DNA of 5,369 nucleotides from Giardia intestinalis (Eukaryota): NCBI GenBank assembly GCA_000002435.2, contig AACB03000025.1; one strand, 5' to 3'. Shown piece by piece: positions 1 to 5,369 of this stretch (position 1 is its first letter; each line of letters starts with the position of its first letter). The notes under the pieces were generated by a model. It saw only the letters and a program-made list of their open reading frames with translations, ran no database searches and was not told where the DNA came from. The position numbers and the translations under genes were made by a program.

Positions 1-372
1 GTGGGTTGCGTCGCTGCATGAGAGGCACATCCCCTTCGAGTCACCGGCCTCTCTCTAGTGAAGTGCGTCTTATCGGAGGTGCACTCTTCGGCAGTAAGGC
101 ACGCTCCCGATTGCCCAGCTGCAGACTCTGGCTTTAGATACCGTCCCTCTTTACAGCCAGTGCACTTGTCGGCCTGGTTCGTCATGGCGTTCTCGGTGCA
201 TCCGTCGCAGCTGGAGTGGCACCCCGGCGTGGCGGCGGGGCATTTCCCGTTCTCTGGTGGTGCGCCGGTACTGCATCTAGCGCAGACATCATTCTGATCG
301 CATCGTTCACAGTTAGCATCTGAGCAAGAGAAGCACTGCGTACCTGCAGTATTAGGCTTTTGGCCTTCTGCA
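1..372 (-). other. Non-repeat C-terminal cysteine-rich (CxxC) region of the same CDS, open to the window edge. The conserved membrane anchor and tail expected for a VSP-type protein would lie beyond coordinate 1.
   Basis: Hand translation of the reverse complement of 1..395 in the repeat frame gives no stop codon and 16 Cys in about 125 aa, mostly as CxxC (CFSC, CERC, CARC, CDGC, CTGC). Confidence 0.75.
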
Positions 373-3300
373 CACTTCTTGCACTCCTTTGCGTCGGAAA
401 CGCTGTCGTCGGTGTAGTAGCCCGCGCTCCCCTGGCAGTCGACCGCGCTGACGCACGTCCCCGTCGGGTCGCTGGGATTCGTCTTCTTCAGGTAGGGCGC
501 GGCGCCGTTTGCGTCGCATTTGGTGCACTTATCGGCCGTTCCAGCACACGCCGTGCAAGGGCGTTGCACTTCTTGCACTCCTTTGCGTCGGAAACGCTGT
601 CGTCGGTGTAGTAGCCCGCGCTCCCCTGGCAGTCGACCGCGCTGACGCACGTCCCCGTCGGGTCGCTGGGATTCGTCTTCTTCAGGTAGGGCGCGGCGCC
701 GTTTGCGTCGCATTTGGTGCACTTATCGGCCGTTCCAGCACACGCCGTGCAAGGGGCGTTGCACTTCTTGCACTCCTTTGCGTCGGAAACGCTGTCGTCG
801 GTGTAGTAGCCCGCGCTCCCCTGGCAGTCGACCGCGCTGACGCACGTCCCCGTCGGGTCGCTGGGATTCGTCTTCTTCAGGTAGGGCGCGGCGCCGTTTG
901 CGTCGCATTTGGTGCACTTATCGGCCGTTCCAGCACACGCCGTGCAAGGGGCGTTGCACTTCTTGCACTCCTTTGCGTCGGAAACGCTGTCGTCGGTGTA
1001 GTAGCCCGCGCTCCCCTGGCAGTCGACCGCGCTGACGCACGTCCCGTCGGGTCGCTGGGATTCGTCTTCTTCAGGTAGGGCGCGGCGCCGTTTGCGTCGC
1101 ATTTGGTGCACTTATCGGCCGTTCCAGCACACGCCGTGCAAGGGGCGTTGCACTTCTTGCACTCCTTTGCGTCGGAAACGCTGTCGTCGGTGTAGTAGCC
1201 CGCGCTCCCCTGGCAGTCGACCGCGCTGACGCACGTCCCCGTCGGGTCGCTGGGATTCGTCTTCTTCAGGTAGGGCGCGGCGCCGTTTGCGTCGCATTTG
1301 GTGCACTTATCGGCCGTTCCAGCACACGCCGTGCAAGGGGCGTTGCACTTCTTGCACTCCTTTGCGTCGGAAACGCTGTCGTCGGTGTAGTAGCCCGCGC
1401 TCCCCTGGCAGTCGACCGCGCTGACGCACGTCCCCGTCGGGTCGCTGGGATTCGTCTTCTTCAGGTAGGGCGCGGCGCCGTTTGCGTCGCATTTGGTGCA
1501 CTTATCGGCCGTTCCAGCACACGCCGTGCAAGGGGCGTTGCACTTCTTGCACTCCTTTGCGTCGGAAACGCTGTCGTCGGTGTAGTAGCCCGCGCTCCCC
1601 TGGCAGTCGACCGCGCTGACGCACGTCCCCGTCGGGTCGCTGGGATTCGTCTTCTTCAGGTAGGGCGCGGCGCCGTTTGCGTCGCATTTGGTGCACTTAT
1701 CGGCCGTTCCAGCACACGCCGTGCAAGGGCGTTGCACTTCTTGCACTCCTTTGCGTCGGAAACGCTGTCGTCGGTGTAGTAGCCCGCGCTCCCCTGGCAG
1801 TCGACCGCGCTGACGCACGTCCCCGTCGGGTCGCTGGGATTCGTCTTCTTCAGGTAGGGCGCGGCGCCGTTTGCGTCGCATTTGGTGCACTTATCGGCCG
1901 TTCCAGCACACGCCGTGCAAGGGGCGTTGCACTTCTTGCACTCCTTTGCGTCGGAAACGCTGTCGTCGGTGTAGTAGCCCGCGCTCCCCTGGCAGTCGAC
2001 CGCGCTGACGCACGTCCCCGTCGGGTCGCTGGGATTCGTCTTCTTCAGGTAGGGCGCGGCGCCGTTTGCGTCGCATTTGGTGCACTTATCGGCCGTTCCA
2101 GCACACGCCGTGCAAGGGGCGTTGCACTTCTTGCACTCCTTTGCGTCGGAAACGCTGTCGTCGGTGTAGTAGCCCGCGCTCCCCTGGCAGTCGACCGCGC
2201 TGACGCACGTCCCCGTCGGGTCGCTGGGATTCGTCTTCTTCAGGTAGGGCGCGGCGCCGTTTGCGTCGCATTTGGTGCACTTATCGGCCGTTCCAGCACA
2301 CGCCGTGCAAGGGGCGTTGCACTTCTTGCACTCCTTTGCGTCGGAAACGCTGTCGTCGGTGTAGTAGCCCGCGCTCCCCTGGCAGTCGACCGCGCTGACG
2401 CACGTCCCCGTCGGGTCGCTGGGATTCGTCTTCTTCAGGTAGGGCGCGGCGCCGTTTGCGTCGCATTTGGTGCACTTATCGGCCGTTCCAGCACACGCCG
2501 TGCAAGGGGCGTTGCACTTCTTGCACTCCTTTGCGTCGGAAACGCTGTCGTCGGTGTAGTAGCCCGCGCTCCCCTGGCAGTCGACCGCGCTGACGCACGT
2601 CCCCGTCGGGTCGCTGGGATTCGTCTTCTTCAGGTAGGGCGCGGCGCCGTTTGCGTCGCATTTGGTGCACTTATCGGCCGTTCCAGCACACGCCGTGCAA
2701 GGGGCGTTGCACTTCTTGCACTCCTTTGCGTCGGAAACGCTGTCGTCGGTGTAGTAGCCCGCGCTCCCCTGGCAGTCGACCGCGCTGACGCACGTCCCCG
2801 TCGGGTCGCTGGGATTCGTCTTCTTCAGGTAGGGCGCGGCGCCGTTTGCGTCGCATTTGGTGCACTTATCGGCCGTTCCAGCACACGCCGTGCAAGGGGC
2901 GTTGCACTTCTTGCACTCCTTTGCGTCGGAAACGCTGTCGTCGGTGTAGTAGCCCGCGCTCCCCTGGCAGTCGACCGCGCTGACGCACGTCCCCGTCGGG
3001 TCGCTGGGATTCGTCTTCTTCAGGTAGGGCGCGGCGCCGTTTGCGTCGCATTTGGTGCACTTATCGGCCGTTCCAGCACACGCCGTGCAAGGGGCGTTGC
3101 ACTTCTTGCACTCCTTTGCGTCGGAAACGCTGTCGTCGGTGTAGTAGCCCGCGCTCCCCTGGCAGTCGACCGCGCTGACGCACGTCCCCGTCGGGTCGCT
3201 GGGATTCGTCTTCTTCAGGTAGGGCGCGGCGCCGTTTGCGTCGCATTTGGTGCACTTATCGGCCGTTCCAGCACACGCCGTGCAAGGGGCGTTGCACTTC

Positions 3301-3614
3301 TTGCACTCCTTTGCGTCGGAAACGCTGTCGTCGGTGTAGTAGCCCGCGCTCCCCTGGCAGTCGACCGCGCTGACGCACGTCCCCGTCGGGTCGCTGGGAT
3401 TCGTCTTCTTCAGGTAGGGCGTGTTGCCGTTTGCGTCGCATTTGGTGCATTTTTTCCCAGTTGAATCGCATTCAGCGCAACCATCGATCGATGGACTGCA
3501 TGCATCAGCCAGTGCGACTGCAAAAATCAAACCAATTCCTACCAACATTGAGGCCAGAAGCTGGCACAGCACCGCTCTGGTTTGCATTAAGAGGCGCACG
3601 GGATCCTGCTTCAT
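1..3614 (-). CDS. Cysteine-rich secreted/surface protein with about 15.8 tandem 65-aa CxxC modules, partial at the 3' end (C-terminus lies beyond coordinate 1). It resembles Giardia variant-specific surface proteins (CRP170/vspA6-like 195-bp repeat family). The reading frame is interrupted by three 1-nt homopolymer contractions (about 560, 1044 and 1728), so this is either sequencing error or a pseudogene. Start ATG at 3614 (MKQDPVRLLMQT...); alternatives at 3587 (MQTRAV...) and 3662 (MCPRF...). The TTG at 3710 used by the ORF track is unlikely.
   Basis: The minus-strand translation has a hydrophobic N-terminal stretch (LCQLLASMLVGIGLIFAVALA) followed by DACSPSIDGCAECDSTGKKCTKCDANG..., then identical 65-aa units with 8 Cys each (CTAC, CTKC, CKKC pairs). 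Third codon positions in this frame are strongly G/C (gac gca aag gag tgc aag aag tgc aac gcc cct tgc acg gcg ...). I hand-translated 395..1 in the same frame (codon first base at coordinates congruent to 2 mod 3). It stays open and cysteine-rich: DAKECKKCAEGQKPNTAGTQCFSCSDANCERCDQNDVCARCSTGAPPENGKCPAATPGCHSSCDGCTENAMTNQADKCTGCKEGRYLKPESAAGQSGACLTAEECTSDKTHFTRERPVTRRGCASHAATQP. The frame at 3614 (congruent to 2 mod 3) equals the frame at the left edge after the three -1 shifts. Confidence 0.78.
366..3452. repeat. Tandem direct repeat with a 195-bp period and about 15.8 copies, essentially identical at the nucleotide level. Three units are 194 bp because of homopolymer contractions. The terminal units are degenerate: 3421..3452 at the N-terminal end and about 366..372 at the C-terminal end. 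The array is coding, giving a 65-aa module repeat.
   Basis: The supplied ORF track shows identical 64-aa ORFs at exact 195-nt spacing (723, 1112, 1307, 1502, 1891, 2086, 2281, 2476, 2671, 2866, 3061, 3256). Translations are identical in three different frames (minus cysteine-rich, minus +1, plus antisense), which together require near-perfect nucleotide identity between units. The text itself repeats visibly, for example ...gcacttatcggccgttccagcacacgccgtgcaaggggcgttgcacttcttgcactcctttgcgtcggaaacg... every 195 nt. Confidence 0.97.
3507..3614 (-). other. Predicted N-terminal signal peptide (36 aa if the ATG at 3614 is used): MKQDPVRLLMQTRAVLCQLLASMLVGIGLIFAVALA, with cleavage before DACSP.
   Basis: A charged n-region (K, D, R, R) is followed by a hydrophobic core of about 21 aa and an AXA-like motif (ALA) immediately before the first cysteine-rich mature sequence. 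Codon positions were checked by hand: D of DACSP is at 3506..3504 and PSIDG at 3494..3481. Confidence 0.6.
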
Positions 3615-3800
3615 GTCACGGAATTCAATGGAACACAGCGGCCAACGGAAGCGAGGGCACATCCTCAAGCTACACCGGAGACCCGTTAATGCAGCATCCG
3701 CCCTCAACAAGCACGACTGAGGAAGCCCAGCGCTGGCTTTCCTTGCTCTGAGAAGGCATAAGTGTATACATAGATAATGAGTGCATCCATTGCTACATTA
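3615..3800 (-). promoter_or_regulatory. Putative 5' flank/promoter region of the cysteine-rich gene. The sequence adjacent to the ATG is not AT-rich; an AT-rich patch (gtgtatacatagataatgagtgcatccattgctacattaac) lies at about 3752..3792.
   Basis: The call rests on position alone (immediately upstream of the minus-strand start). No recognisable consensus element could be confirmed by eye. Confidence 0.2.
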
Positions 3801-5369
3801 ACCCAGCTGGCGCTTGTAGCCCTTGACATCCGTAGCCACCGTGTCCTGTAATCTGTCTGATTGCCTGAGTGACCATCGTGGGGACACAGCGATCGTGATG
3901 CTCATGGAGTGGCATGGGGCCGGCTCTAGGATCACGCCGCCATCCGGGCAGACGCGCACCACAGAAAGCCTCTTGTTGCCACCGTCCGAGGCTCACAGGA
4001 TTGCAGGTCAGGAGCCTCTGTCCCATCAGCGAGACTGGCCTCGCCCGACGCCTCCAGCACTCTGCCAATAGCTGGCGGACAAGCGTGCACAATAGCTTTG
4101 GACGGAGGGTACAAGGGACAGCAAAACAAGACAGTCAAGTAGGCGTTGACGGTACAAACACGCCAGCCCTCAGTCAGAGAGCAGGCATCTGGGAAAGGTG
4201 AGGTTGCTTGTTACTCTACACTTAACGGCCAGGCTCAACAGTAGTCACTGTTTGAGAGCTCCATTTGAAAGCACTGTAGATGAGACTCTCTGCCTTCCTG
4301 GATGTTGATCCCAAGAATGTGCTGCCTGATTGTTTGTCTCTGCATCGGAGTCGTTGCTTAACGGCCGTCCTGGTGCAGCAAGGGGCCCATACAGAACCAT
4401 GTGCCGGGCACTACTCAAGAACAGAACAGATATCGTTGCTACTCATAGGCTTAGACCGATTTTCCGAAGCGACAGATGTCAGGGCAAGGACGGGCCTGTT
4501 CCGAGTCCCTAATTCGAGAGTTTGTGTGAGGACCACAGCACTCTGTAGACCTTCCTGGAAGAGGACATCCACACATATCCTTGACTCCAATCCACGTCAA
4601 AGACGCCCAGCGGCTGCCATAGCAGTTGGGCAATGCCATCACTCCTTGCTCAGAGCTACCCATCGTTGGTGATAAGCAGCTAGCGACAGGGAAAAGCTTC
4701 TTTAGACTTCTGATTGCGCCTCAACGTTTTCAAGTCCCCCCTATCGTTTTGCTGAGCCCATGTTTCGCTGGTCTGGTGTGCTTGTATCCGTTCCAAGCAT
4801 GCTTGAAGTGGCGGCCAAGTGCTAGGCTTCATGTAGTTACTCAGCCACAGTGCTCGTGCGCAATAAGCAAGTCTCCGGTCCACTGGCCACTGCTCTTGCT
4901 GCTCGTAAGCCTGCTCAGTGAGTGGCTATGGCAGGATCCTCCGCAATGCGTATCTTTTGATACTTATTTCCATGTGCACAGAGGCAGGTCACTGTAACTA
5001 GTCAAGGCGCCTGCTGCTCAGCCTCCTCGCCGTGGGGGTCTACTGCATACCCTTCAGCAGATATTGATTAATGTGCGATACAACTACATCCTCAGACGTC
5101 AACTGTGCATGTAGAGTTTCAGGCCATCCCTAGCACTGTCAATGCGCAGAATCTGGATGGGACATCCCGACTACAAGCGCAGCGCAAGGCTAGCGCATTA
5201 TGTCCGGCACTCTCTTACATTGCAGTTGGCTCCGGCGGCTATTGCCCTGGACTTACGTTTGGAGAAGGATGATCTGTACCATCAGTGTGGATGAGCCATT
5301 GTCAACCATCGCAGAGAACGCTCAGAGTCAACGTAGGCCACACATTGATAAGCCGTAATGGATTGCTGG

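Noticed and set aside
58-373. Plus-strand 79-aa ORF and minus-strand 63-aa ORF in the left flank
   Set aside because: Both overlap the open cysteine-rich frame of the main gene, which continues through this region. They are alternative-frame artefacts.
366-3452. CRISPR array
   Set aside because: The 195-bp units are contiguous, identical and protein-coding, with no unique spacers between short repeats, so there is no CRISPR architecture.
1677-3464. 595-aa plus-strand ORF spanning the repeat, as a candidate gene
   Set aside because: It is antisense to a frame with clear protein logic (signal peptide, CxxC modules, GC3 bias). Its product is an Ala/Val/Arg/Gly-rich low-complexity repeat without a sensible N-terminus; it simply inherits the repeat's lack of stops.
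723-3471. Twelve identical 64-aa minus-strand ORFs (MHQMRRKRRRALPEEDESQRPDGDVRQ...) at 195-nt spacing, as a family of small genes
   Set aside because: They are the +1 frame of the same repeat, each delimited by the one stop per unit in that frame. They lie entirely inside the cysteine-rich CDS and are Arg-rich out-of-frame artefacts.
3481-3494. Perfect 14-bp palindrome CCATCGATCGATGG (two overlapping ATCGAT sites), with TGCATGCA nearby at 3498..3505
   Set aside because: It lies inside the coding sequence (encodes PSIDG) and is short enough to arise by chance. No partner sites or structure suggest a regulatory role.
3710-3710. TTG start at 3710 used by the ORF track for the 684-aa ORF
   Set aside because: It is a non-ATG start in a gene that looks eukaryotic. 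In-frame ATGs at 3662, 3614 and 3587 sit directly before the signal-peptide core.
3793-4997. Short ORFs in the right flank (99, 82, 95, 130 and 123 aa)
   Set aside because: None has a recognisable motif, a signal, or cysteine-rich or otherwise distinctive composition, and they overlap one another on both strands. They cannot be supported as genes from sequence alone.
1-5369. Prokaryotic defence or other novel bacterial system
   Set aside because: The composition and gene (12% Cys secreted modular protein, long GC-rich coding tandem repeats, non-coding flank without operon structure) look eukaryotic and protist-like. No operon-like cluster of ORFs is present.

Overview
Almost the whole window is one gene on the minus strand. 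It encodes a secreted or membrane-anchored protein with about 12% cysteine, and its central part is a tandem array of about 15.8 nearly base-identical 195-bp units at plus coordinates ~366..3452. Each unit encodes the 65-aa module CTACAGTADKCTKCDANGAAPYLKKTNPSDPTGTCVSAVDCQGSAGYYTDDSVSDAKECKKCNAP, which contains 8 Cys and several CxxC pairs. A 36-aa signal peptide lies at 3614..3507, with the start ATG at about 3614; 3587 and 3662 are alternative ATGs. A non-repeat CxxC-rich C-terminal region occupies 372..1 and runs off the left edge, so the gene is 3'-partial. The architecture (signal peptide, CxxC-dense modules, GC-rich third codon positions, 65-aa/195-bp repeat with ~12% Cys) looks eukaryotic and most resembles Giardia variant-specific surface proteins of the CRP170/vspA6 type. 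That attribution is from memory and was not checked by any search. Three single-base homopolymer contractions (G4 to G3 at 559-561 and 1727-1729; C4 to C3 at 1043-1045) each break the frame. They sum to -3, so the frame at the window edge matches the frame at the N-terminus; this is either homopolymer sequencing error in a hard-to-assemble array or a pseudogenised copy. The right flank (3615..5369) has about 50% GC and only short, unconvincing ORFs. No prokaryotic system, RNA gene, CRISPR array or mobile element can be supported; the many other ORFs in the supplied track are frame artefacts of the repeat.
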